This document shows positions 15,894-23,581 of a DNA stretch of 32,000 bases, in pieces. Below the pieces are notes generated by a model that worked only from the letters and a program-made list of their open reading frames with translations, did no database searches and was not told the DNA's origin. The stretch is from NCBI GenBank assembly GCA_017526205.1, contig JAFXRP010000201.1:11404-43403 (forward strand). The letters are read 5' to 3'. Every line of letters starts with the position of its first letter. The first letter of the stretch is position 1. A program made the translations under genes and the position numbers. The stretch is from Bacteroidales bacterium. Lineage in GTDB: Bacteria > Bacteroidota > Bacteroidia > Bacteroidales > ML635J-15.

Positions 15894-16490
15894 ATGCAGA
15901 ACAAATTAATCGACGAGGCAATACAGCAATTCATGTCGTTGCCGGGGATAGGGCGTAAGACTGCACAGCGTTTTGTGCTTCATCTTTTGCGGAAGTCGCA
16001 GGATGATGTTACGAATTTTACGACAACCATACAGCGCATGAAGGAGGACACTAAGTTTTGCCGCGTGTGCAACAATATTTCAGAGAATGATATTTGTGAG
16101 GTTTGTGCCAATCCTCGTCGCGACCAGTCGACTATATGCGTTGTGGAAAATATAAACGATGTGATGGCAATTGAAGCCACATCGCAGTACAATGGTGTGT
16201 ATCATGTGCTTGGCGGTGTCATTTCACCAATGGATGGTGTGAGCCCCAGCGACTTGCACATTTCCGACTTGATTAATCGTGCTTCTGCTGGCAATATAAG
16301 CGAGATTATCCTTGCCTTGCCCACGACTATGGAAGGCGAGACCACCAATTATTTCATAAACAAAAAGTTACAGCAGACAGGTGTTAAAGTTTCCGTTATT
16401 GCAAAGGGAATTGCGGTAGGAGAGGAACTGCAGTACACTGATGAGGTTACGCTTTCGCAGGCTATAAAGAATAGAAAACCGTTTGAATAG
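15894..16490 (+). CDS. recR: recombination protein RecR
   Basis: 198 aa. N-terminal helix-hairpin-helix LPGIGRKTAQRFVLHLL, C4 zinc finger CRVCNNISENDICEVC and a Toprim region ICVVENINDVMAIE..YHVLGG. Confidence 0.92.
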   Translation: MQNKLIDEAIQQFMSLPGIGRKTAQRFVLHLLRKSQDDVTNFTTTIQRMKEDTKFCRVCNNISENDICEVCANPRRDQSTICVVENINDVMAIEATSQYNGVYHVLGGVISPMDGVSPSDLHISDLINRASAGNISEIILALPTTMEGETTNYFINKKLQQTGVKVSVIAKGIAVGEELQYTDEVTLSQAIKNRKPFE

Positions 16491-16496
16491 CTGGGC

Positions 16497-17040
16497 AGGC
16501 GCCAGTTTCTATGGCTGCCGCCGTTCAAAAGTTTAACGTTTAAGGTTTCACGTTTCTATGGTGTCGCCGTTTCAGGGTTTAATATTGTTCAATGTTCAAA
16601 AGTTTAAGAGTTCAAAAAAACGGAATGTCATCCTGAACTCGTTTCAGAACCTTTAGCTCGACGCAGTCAATCTGATTCCGTTTTTTGTTTCTTGGTTTGC
16701 TTTCGCGAGCTAAAGGTTAACTTCGTTGAGGGCTTCACCGTTCTATGGCTATGCCGTTTCGTGGGCTGGCTCCCTTTTCTATGGCTGACGCTGTTTCAAA
16801 GTTTCTGATTGAATCGCTCCATGACGCGCACAGCGACTATTTTTTAGTGCCCTTCGGGCAGAAATTCAACAAATCTATTTCAAATAGAACAAATATATTT
16901 GAAAGATTACTTGCTTCGCTGCGTGAGCTAAAGGTTTGTATCAATTTGTATTATTTAACTTCGTTGAGGGCTTCGCCGTTCTCGCGCAGCGACTCCATTA
17001 AATCTCGAAAGGAATAAAAGTCGTTCTGCCCGTGGTGTAC
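16497..17040. repeat. repeat-dense non-coding spacer between convergent recR and the 1217-aa cargo gene
   Basis: Several repeat types are present:
- TTCTATGG-GCTG(A/C)CGC-(C)GTTTCA units recur at about 16507, 16553, 16743, 16777.
- A run of 7-nt-period words (cgttcaa aagttta acgttta aggtttc acgtttc).
- An inverted repeat AACCTTTAGCTCG (about 16649-16661) / CGAGCTAAAGGTT (about 16706-16718).
- A direct repeat G(C/T)GAGCTAAAGGTT..AACTTCGTTGAGGGCTTC(A/G)CCGTTCT at 16705-16744 and 16923-16981. The second copy is split by a 20-nt insertion. Confidence 0.75.
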
Positions 17041-17050
17041 TAAAAATAAA

Positions 17051-17083
17051 CAAAAAAGCCCCGCAAAATGCGAGGCTTTTAAA
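17051..17083. terminator. bidirectional rho-independent terminator
   Basis: The stem GCCCCGC/GCGAGGC (17058-17076) has an A-run on one side and a T-run on the other. On the minus strand it reads GCCTCGC-ATTTT-GCGGGGC followed by TTTTTTG, about 20 nt after the stop of the 1217-aa gene. Confidence 0.7.
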
Positions 17084-17101
17084 TTTATCGCTATTGTAAG
17101 A

Positions 17102-20100
17102 TTACTTTACAACATTGAGTTTTACAACTTCAGCGTCAACCTTTACGAAGTAGGTTCCGTTTGCGAAGCTGCTAACGTCGATAGTCTGGTTAGCAGCAGC
17201 ATTTTCGATGCTTGCAACAACCTGACCGAGAGAGTTGATAACAACGATGTCCTTGCCTTCTGCATTTGCAATTGTTACCATGTCGCTAGTTGGGTTAGGA
17301 TAAACTGCGATAGCATCAGCAATGTTTTCTTCAGCAGAAGTATTTAATGCAACAGAGAAGTCATCAATCATTATAACATACATGTTGCTGTTTACATGGT
17401 GGAATCCGATGTAAATAGTTTGTCCAGCGTATGCTGCCAAAGAAACCGTTCTCATTTCCCATTCTGTATTAGGTGTATGAGAAAGAACTGCACTATTTGC
17501 TGTCATGCCTGCTACAGTTGGTTCTGTTCCTACATGTACAGTATAAGTATCTTGGTCGGTATCATCAAAGTTCAAAGCATACCATGTTGCGAGGTATTCA
17601 CCGCTTGCTGGTAATACGATAGCACTTGTTATCATCCAGTTGTCAGCATTGAATTCACCTACATAGTTTCTGTATGATTCAGACATAACAGCGTTTGTAC
17701 CTCCATGAGCATATTCTGCAGCATTTGTTCCGAAAATTGGATTTTCAGAAACCCCCATCCAATTGTATCCGTCGCCATCAGCATCAATAAGAGTCCAGCA
17801 TGCTGGAATTCCATTTTCAAAACCTTCTTCGTATGGGAAAGTAGTGATAGGATCGCAGCTAACCAATGTGAATGTTGCGGTCAATTCGTTGTCGTCAGCA
17901 TCATCTTCGGTATCGTTTGGCTTTGAAACCTTAACAGTGATTGTGTATTCACCAGTAGCTTCCGGAGTGAAAGGAACTGAATGAGTGAAGTTGTGTGTTG
18001 CACCTTCAGCAACGTTACATTCGATAGTGTCGTTTGCAACAAATTCGCCTTCACCAACCTTGTAGGTAACAATGTAGCTTGTGATAGCACAGCTATTGTT
18101 GGTGATAGTACCAGCAATGTTGATTGATTCTGCGAATGGAATTATAGCTTCGTCAGCAGGAACGATAGAAGTAAGTTCGATTTCTGGAACCATCTTTTCG
18201 ATTGTGCCAGCTACGGTGTCATTGGTGTGGTTTTCGTCACCAGCCAAAGTTATGTAAGCGACAACATCGTATTCGCCAGCTTCTGCCAATGTCATAGGAG
18301 TTTCGAATGTGAATACATACGAAGAATCGAGTGCAAGAGCATTTTCCAAAGTGAATTCCTGTGAAACAGGTGCATTGTCGTCAACCTTGTAAGCTGCTGT
18401 GAAAGTTGTCAAAGGAGCAGTACCATTGTTTGTGATAGTAGCAGTGATTGTGCTTGATTCGATTCCGCATCCCGAAGGTGTTCCGAAAGTAAGGTTGGAA
18501 ATGCTAGCCTCGTAAGGAGGAATAGCTTCAATATGGATGCTGTCGATAGAAAGACGGAGCATATCAGCTGCGCTGTAGCAGTAGAAACCTAAGTAGTAAA
18601 CACCCTCTTCTGCAACAACAAAGTTCTTGTTAGCAATAGCATTACTGTTCAATGAAGGATAGTCTTCAATCACGTTGGTCATTGCTTCAACAGTCGGAGC
18701 ATTTCCGTAGAATACCTTAAGGCTTTCAGGGAAACTCGACGATGCAACATGATGGAAACTCAACTTGTAAGAACCAGCAGGGATAGCGATGCATGAAGAA
18801 ATCAACCAGTCGTTTGCTGCATTGTTTGAGTTATATCTATAGCTTGCACCATAAGAACTTGCGTATGCCCAAGTTGAGCCGTCATTGTTTGCATCAACGA
18901 TTGTCCAGCCGTTGAGAGCCTCTTCGTTGTTAATTACCAATGTGTAAGGCAATGTTTCTGGAGCAAATCTGCTAAAGCTTCCTTCAGCTTCGTTGTCATC
19001 AGTATTGGTGTCGCCTTCCAATGTTGCAATTACTTCAACATCATAATCGCCATCAGCGTCAATAGTAATTGCCTGTTCGAATGTATATGTGTAAACAGAA
19101 TCACTTGCGATTGCTTGTGCAGGAGTTACGGTAACTTCTACAGGAGTACCTTCGTTTACTGCATACGAAAGACCAAATGATGAGATAGGTTCAGTACCAA
19201 CGTTCTTGACAGTAACGATAACTGTATTTGTTTCCAATGTACAATTCGATGCAGTACCAAAGTTAACATTAGTAACAGCAATGTCCTGAGCAAGGATTTC
19301 AAAGATGCTGAAATTATCAATATTTAGATAGAATTGATCAGATACGTTGAAATGACGTATTGCAATATAAACAGTCTGACCTGCATATGCACTGAGGTCT
19401 GTATTCTTTTCACCCCAAGTACCTTGTACTCTATGGTTACCACCGTTAGAGTTCATTGTCTCTTCCCACAACATTGTGAAAGCGGCTGTATCATTGGTTG
19501 TTGTAGAAATATAAACACCATAATGTTCTGCAGCATAACTTGCGTCCTGTCCGTTAGCATAGAATCTAAGATTAATAATATTTGTTGTTGTTGGCAATGT
19601 AATAGGAGGAGTTATCAACCAGTTGTCTGGATGCAAAGCTGTTCCATAATATGATGCAGAAGTTGCACAGAAACCTTGTCCTCCGTAACCAACAACACCA
19701 CCTGTAGTACTTACAAACCAGTTGTTGCCATCTTCATCTCCATCAACAAGAGTCCAGCATTGTGGAATGCCATTTTCAAAACCTTCTTCGTATGGGAAAG
19801 AAGTAATTGCAGCAGTACAATCATAGGTAATAGCAGTAAGAGCAATAGTCTGGTTGTCAACACCAGCTGTTGCAACAGTAACAGTTCCTGTTACATTAAG
19901 AGCTTCTGCATTTGCAGGAATGTACCTAACATAAAATGTTCCTGCGCCAGTCATAGTTGCGCTTGCACCAAAAGTAGTATTGTCTGCCGATACTTCGAAA
20001 GGAGCAGCAGTTGTGATTGTAATGTCATCGGTTAAGTTTGCAGCAACGATAGTTGCAGTTTTCGATGTAGTATTTGCATCTCCAACAAATCCAACGAATG

Positions 20101-20755
20101 ACATTTCGCTAGGAGATACCATCATTACAGGATCTGTACTGATTTCATCTTCTACTGTTGCTGTAATAATGTTGTTGTAGCTTAGGTCGTATTCGGTCAT
20201 AGAAACCAATTCGTCGCCAAATGCACCTATGCAAAGCAAATCGCCATTTGTTACAGCTGGTCCAGCATCCATTCCTAATGGATATCCTCCAGTTACAGTA
20301 ACTTCGTATGCTACCATAATTGCAGTTTCTGCTGGAATTTGGTAAGGAATAATTAAATTTATTTCGTTAACACCATTAACAAAAGTACATGCCTGTTCAT
20401 ATGCTACGACTGGTGCTTCTATAGTACCTGTAAGAATTCCAACTTTTCCTGATGTTATGACACTAGCATTATCAATACCAATAGTGATTTTTGTAATGTA
20501 CTGTCCAACGTAACTTGTAAGGTCTGCCGTTTCAAATCTTGATGCAGCATAAAGTGTTCCTGCACTTCCCGTTCCAATGCCATTTCCTTCGACATAATCA
20601 CCACAATGCTTTAGAGTTCCTGTTACGGCTCTAGTACTTTTGAAAGCAACTGAATTTTGGGAAGCCTTAAATGTCGGCTTCGTAAGTTGCTTTGTCTGTG
20701 CAAAGCCCATAGCTGCTACGAGCAATGCAATCATTAAAAATGTAAACTTTTTCAT
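17102..20755 (-). CDS. large T9SS cargo, adhesin-like: choice-of-anchor-J / gingipain cleaved-adhesin-like domains interleaved with CARDB-like repeats, plus a T9SS CTD
   Basis: Start taken at the ATG at 20755 (MKKFTFLMIALLVAAMGFAQT signal peptide); the track start at 20791 is a TTG. FPYEEGFENGIP(Q/A)CWTL(V/I)D(G/A)D(E/G)DG(N/Y)NW occurs twice, plus a third related NGWTIVDANNDGSTW. There are three ~105-aa CARDB-like repeats (..T(V/I)TN(V/N)GT.P......Y.V....). The C-terminus AVYPNPTSDMVTI..VVINSLGQVV..GTYFVKV..KLNVVK is a T9SS CTD. Confidence 0.85.
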   Translation of the reverse strand: MKKFTFLMIALLVAAMGFAQTKQLTKPTFKASQNSVAFKSTRAVTGTLKHCGDYVEGNGIGTGSAGTLYAASRFETADLTSYVGQYITKITIGIDNASVITSGKVGILTGTIEAPVVAYEQACTFVNGVNEINLIIPYQIPAETAIMVAYEVTVTGGYPLGMDAGPAVTNGDLLCIGAFGDELVSMTEYDLSYNNIITATVEDEISTDPVMMVSPSEMSFVGFVGDANTTSKTATIVAANLTDDITITTAAPFEVSADNTTFGASATMTGAGTFYVRYIPANAEALNVTGTVTVATAGVDNQTIALTAITYDCTAAITSFPYEEGFENGIPQCWTLVDGDEDGNNWFVSTTGGVVGYGGQGFCATSASYYGTALHPDNWLITPPITLPTTTNIINLRFYANGQDASYAAEHYGVYISTTTNDTAAFTMLWEETMNSNGGNHRVQGTWGEKNTDLSAYAGQTVYIAIRHFNVSDQFYLNIDNFSIFEILAQDIAVTNVNFGTASNCTLETNTVIVTVKNVGTEPISSFGLSYAVNEGTPVEVTVTPAQAIASDSVYTYTFEQAITIDADGDYDVEVIATLEGDTNTDDNEAEGSFSRFAPETLPYTLVINNEEALNGWTIVDANNDGSTWAYASSYGASYRYNSNNAANDWLISSCIAIPAGSYKLSFHHVASSSFPESLKVFYGNAPTVEAMTNVIEDYPSLNSNAIANKNFVVAEEGVYYLGFYCYSAADMLRLSIDSIHIEAIPPYEASISNLTFGTPSGCGIESSTITATITNNGTAPLTTFTAAYKVDDNAPVSQEFTLENALALDSSYVFTFETPMTLAEAGEYDVVAYITLAGDENHTNDTVAGTIEKMVPEIELTSIVPADEAIIPFAESINIAGTITNNSCAITSYIVTYKVGEGEFVANDTIECNVAEGATHNFTHSVPFTPEATGEYTITVKVSKPNDTEDDADDNELTATFTLVSCDPITTFPYEEGFENGIPACWTLIDADGDGYNWMGVSENPIFGTNAAEYAHGGTNAVMSESYRNYVGEFNADNWMITSAIVLPASGEYLATWYALNFDDTDQDTYTVHVGTEPTVAGMTANSAVLSHTPNTEWEMRTVSLAAYAGQTIYIGFHHVNSNMYVIMIDDFSVALNTSAEENIADAIAVYPNPTSDMVTIANAEGKDIVVINSLGQVVASIENAAANQTIDVSSFANGTYFVKVDAEVVKLNVVK

Positions 20756-20780
20756 TTCAATAAAATTTAGAATTAAGCAA

Positions 20781-20788
20781 CAAAAGTA
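20781..20788 (-). promoter_or_regulatory. candidate -7 box (TACTTTTG on minus strand) for the 1217-aa cargo gene
   Basis: The reverse complement of caaaagta matches TAnnTTTG and lies 26 nt upstream of the ATG at 20755. Confidence 0.35.
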
Positions 20789-20856
20789 CAACTATTTTTT
20801 GATTCACGATTTGTGAAAAGCGATTTTTTTATTAACAAAAAGCAGAGATATTTTTG

Positions 20857-20941
20857 GTTCAATGTTCAATGTTCAACGTTCAACGAGTTCAAAGTTCAAA
20901 GTTCAACGAACCTTGAACCCTTAAACCTTGAACCTTTAAAC
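20857..20941. repeat. 7-nt-period array GTTCAA(T/C/A) followed by its inverse CCTTGAAC/CCTTAAAC words (self-complementary)
   Basis: Read directly from the sequence: ggttcaa tgttcaa tgttcaa cgttcaa cgagttcaa agttcaa agttcaa cgaacct tgaaccc ttaaacc ttgaacc tttaaac. The GTTCAA and TTGAAC halves can fold on each other. It abuts the 3' end of rnpB. Confidence 0.85.
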
Positions 20942-20947
20942 ATAAAA

Positions 20948-21277
20948 AAGGTGAGTAGGCCGTAAGCCGAATTCTGTGGCATCCGGGGATGCTGTCTATC
21001 ATTTATCTGTGCATTCTACCCCTCGGCTCGGGCGGGCAACCCTATAACGCCGATATACATGAACTTGCAGCTTGCGGGGCGGACGGCTGACGGTGTCGCC
21101 ACCACCACCGGTGGGCTCTTACTCCACCTTCTCACCTTTACCTTGTCGCCAAGGAAGTCATTCTCTTCTCCGCTACCAAGCCTTCGCAGTCTTCTCCTAT
21201 TTCAGAAGCGCAATGCCCTGTGCTGTCCGGACTTTCCTCATTACTTTGCAGTAACGCGATAGACTGACCTACTCGGG
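20948..21277 (-). ncRNA. rnpB: RNase P RNA, bacterial type A
   Basis: The minus strand carries the universally conserved P4 strands GAGGAAAGTCCGGAC (complement of 21226-21240) and ACAGAATTCGGCTTA (complement of 20962-20976). P1 pairs GAGTAGG (21274-21268) with CCTACTC (20959-20953) and is followed by a T-run. Ends are approximate, within about 5 nt. Track ORFs 21059..21262, 21072..21254 and 21138..21368 fall inside it and are spurious. Confidence 0.9.
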
Positions 21278-21279
21278 GG

Positions 21280-21287
21280 CAAAGATA
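21280..21287 (-). promoter_or_regulatory. candidate -7 box (TATCTTTG on minus strand) for rnpB
   Basis: The reverse complement of caaagata matches TAnnTTTG. It ends about 5 nt before the predicted 5' end of P1, which fits a transcription start at or just before the mature 5' end. Confidence 0.45.
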
Positions 21288-21472
21288 GTTAAAAGTTAAA
21301 AGTTGAAAGTTAAAAGTTGAAAAGTTTTGTGGGCTGACGAAAGTTTCATGGGCTAACGCCCGTTTCAAAGTTTCACGTTCAATGTTTAAAGTTCAACGTT
21401 CAATGTTTAACGTTAAAAGATTTTGTGGTGCTGAAGCCGAACCTTGAACCCTTAAACTTTGAACCTTAAACC
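21287..21472. repeat. 7-nt-period arrays and hairpin words upstream of rnpB
   Basis: AGTT(A/G)AA occurs five times (21287-21321). The mini-hairpin word GGGCTAACGCCCGTTTC lies at 21350-21366. A nine-unit heptad run covers 21362-21424: gtttcaa agtttca cgttcaa tgtttaa agttcaa cgttcaa tgtttaa cgttaaa agatttt. CGAACCTTGAACCCTTAAAC.. follows at 21438-21472. Confidence 0.85.
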
Positions 21473-21474
21473 TC

Positions 21475-23457
21475 CTATTTTGCTACCATGAACTTAATGG
21501 CTTTGCGTTTCTTTTGAGCTTTCTTGTCGCCAACAAGAACTTTCAGATAGTAGTATCCGCTATTGTATTTGGAAACATCAATAATTGTATCCATGCTATC
21601 GATGATGCCACTATCCATAAACATACCCATTTCGTTGTATATCTGATATTCATAAATGTCTTTTGTTATGTCGTAGTTCGCCCTGACGGTGATTTGTCCT
21701 GATGATGTTGGGTTCGGGAAAATCTCGAAGTTTACAATTTCAGGTGTAGGTTCTGGTTCGGGTATTATAGGTTTGGGCAATACTTTGAGTGTAAGTGTGA
21801 CGATTGAGTCGCATCCTTCATCGTTTGTTAATGTTTGAGTGAAAGTATAATCGCCATCTTCGTGTATTGCTGCAATTTCGAAACCATTGTTTGTGTAGTC
21901 TGTATCAATCTCAATGCTGTCGATTAGCTCAATATTGTCGATTCTGCCGACTTCGAGACGGAGAACGACAATGCTGTCGCAGATGTTGCCTACTGAACCC
22001 GCAGCAAAGAACAATGTGTCGAATATGATGTTGTTGGTTCTGTTAACTATTTCGGAATATTCAATGTTAAAGCCATTGCCGTGGTATTCGTCACCACCGT
22101 CGCAGATATGCTCTGGGATGTTCACCTGATAGTGGTCGTCGACCCTTAGGTTAAGTTTTATGGTGCTGTCGCATCCATGCTGGCTTGTGAGCAGGTGCTG
22201 GTATGTGCCAGTTTGGTTTAGTTCCTGTCCGAAGAAGTTGTATGTTGCGCTTTCGCAAATTGTAAGGTCGATATTTGTTGTGTAGGTGTCGTTAACGGTG
22301 AGTCTCAATTCAACTACCGAATCGCATCCGTTAGCAAGCGGATATGAATTGCTATGGTTGAATGTTCCGGCATTGTTTTGCATTGGCAGAGTAAAACCAT
22401 TTTGGCTGTATGAGTCGCCCTTGCATATTTCATCAGATATTTGGTTTGTAACAATACCTCTGTAATGAACGGTATAAGTTTTTGCTTTGTCGCCATGAGT
22501 TACATTTATTGTAGCCGTATTTCCATCTGCTGACAATGTGGTTGAATATGATGCACGAGGTGATGCTGTTGTCGCTGAAATATAATTTGTAGAACCGCAT
22601 GGTACATCTATGTAATAATCTGTTGTATTCTGGTTGAAATTGGGAATTTCTGTGCCGTTTATGGTTATTGACGAGAGATTTGCATTGTATATTAGTTCAA
22701 TGTCATCAATGAAGAGTTCATCGTCTGCGCTACCTGCCATAGCCTCCCAGTTGGTCGAGAATGTTATAAGGATAAACTGCGGATCGTTTGACGGGCAACC
22801 TTCGTAATCGATAGGAGAAGAATGGCGGCGCCATCCGCTATTATCGACAGCAACACCACCAGAGGTATTTGTGAAGTTGTAAGATGGGACTTTACCAACT
22901 ATATGGGCTTCGTATCCAGCTTGATTTCCTGGCAGAGGGTCCTGAAGGTTGTAATTGTCGTGTATGTAAAGGTGGCAGCACGCTTGACTTGCATTGCTGG
23001 CGTTGTGAACCTTTGCCCAGAAAACTATTGAATCTGGTTTCGCGTTTAGGCGGTGATTGAATTCATTATTATCTTTTATTGTTCTGTTTCCGTTAGCAGA
23101 GTTGTTGGCATCCAATGAAACAAGTTGCATTTGTCCACTAGTTAGTGCTCCATTTGCGACAATACCCGCAAAAGGACTGGTCGAGTATATACGACACGAA
23201 TAATTTCCAGTTGAACCAGGCCTTACATTGTTTGAGCGCTCGTGCCTTTTCCCTTTTGCAGTACCACAACCTACCCACATAGTACAGTTTGCTGATGGAT
23301 AAGAGTTCCATCCTGTAGGTTCATCGTTATTGCCACCGTCCCATTGTTCGAAGCCTGGGTTTTCGAATTGATATACCTGTGAATATGTGTTTTGAGGGAT
23401 TGCTAAAGCAAAAATTGCAATTATTGCAGTAAAAAAAGTGAAATTCTTTATTCTCAT
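21475..23457 (-). CDS. T9SS cargo: PCMD-like N-terminal domain, cadherin-like beta-sandwich, four Cys..GCDS modules, T9SS CTD
   Basis: Start taken at the ATG at 23457 (MRIKNFTFFTAIIAIFALAIPQNTYSQ signal peptide); the track start at 23487 is a TTG. The N-terminal FENPGFEQWDG motif resembles the putative-carbohydrate-metabolism (PCMD) domain. LSSITINGTEIPNFNQNTTDYYIDVP resembles the cadherin-like domain. Modules ending in GCDS(V/T/I)(V/I).L.L.V lie at aa ~350-570. The C-terminus FEIFPNPTSSGQITV..YQIYNEMG..GYYYLKV is a T9SS CTD. Confidence 0.82.
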   Translation of the reverse strand: MRIKNFTFFTAIIAIFALAIPQNTYSQVYQFENPGFEQWDGGNNDEPTGWNSYPSANCTMWVGCGTAKGKRHERSNNVRPGSTGNYSCRIYSTSPFAGIVANGALTSGQMQLVSLDANNSANGNRTIKDNNEFNHRLNAKPDSIVFWAKVHNASNASQACCHLYIHDNYNLQDPLPGNQAGYEAHIVGKVPSYNFTNTSGGVAVDNSGWRRHSSPIDYEGCPSNDPQFILITFSTNWEAMAGSADDELFIDDIELIYNANLSSITINGTEIPNFNQNTTDYYIDVPCGSTNYISATTASPRASYSTTLSADGNTATINVTHGDKAKTYTVHYRGIVTNQISDEICKGDSYSQNGFTLPMQNNAGTFNHSNSYPLANGCDSVVELRLTVNDTYTTNIDLTICESATYNFFGQELNQTGTYQHLLTSQHGCDSTIKLNLRVDDHYQVNIPEHICDGGDEYHGNGFNIEYSEIVNRTNNIIFDTLFFAAGSVGNICDSIVVLRLEVGRIDNIELIDSIEIDTDYTNNGFEIAAIHEDGDYTFTQTLTNDEGCDSIVTLTLKVLPKPIIPEPEPTPEIVNFEIFPNPTSSGQITVRANYDITKDIYEYQIYNEMGMFMDSGIIDSMDTIIDVSKYNSGYYYLKVLVGDKKAQKKRKAIKFMVAK

Positions 23458-23581
23458 ATATATGCCTTTTAAAATTTCAAGGCGCAAAGGTCTAATAAAT
23501 TTTTTGAATAATAGTTTTTTTGTGAGAGTTTTTTTAACGATGGGGTGTTGATGAGAGGTTGTTTGTTGATTCTAAGCCTTT

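Noticed and set aside
21059-21368. Track ORFs 21059..21262, 21072..21254 and 21138..21368
   Set aside because: They lie inside the RNase P RNA gene, and the conserved P4 sequences identify this region as rnpB. They are spurious reading frames.
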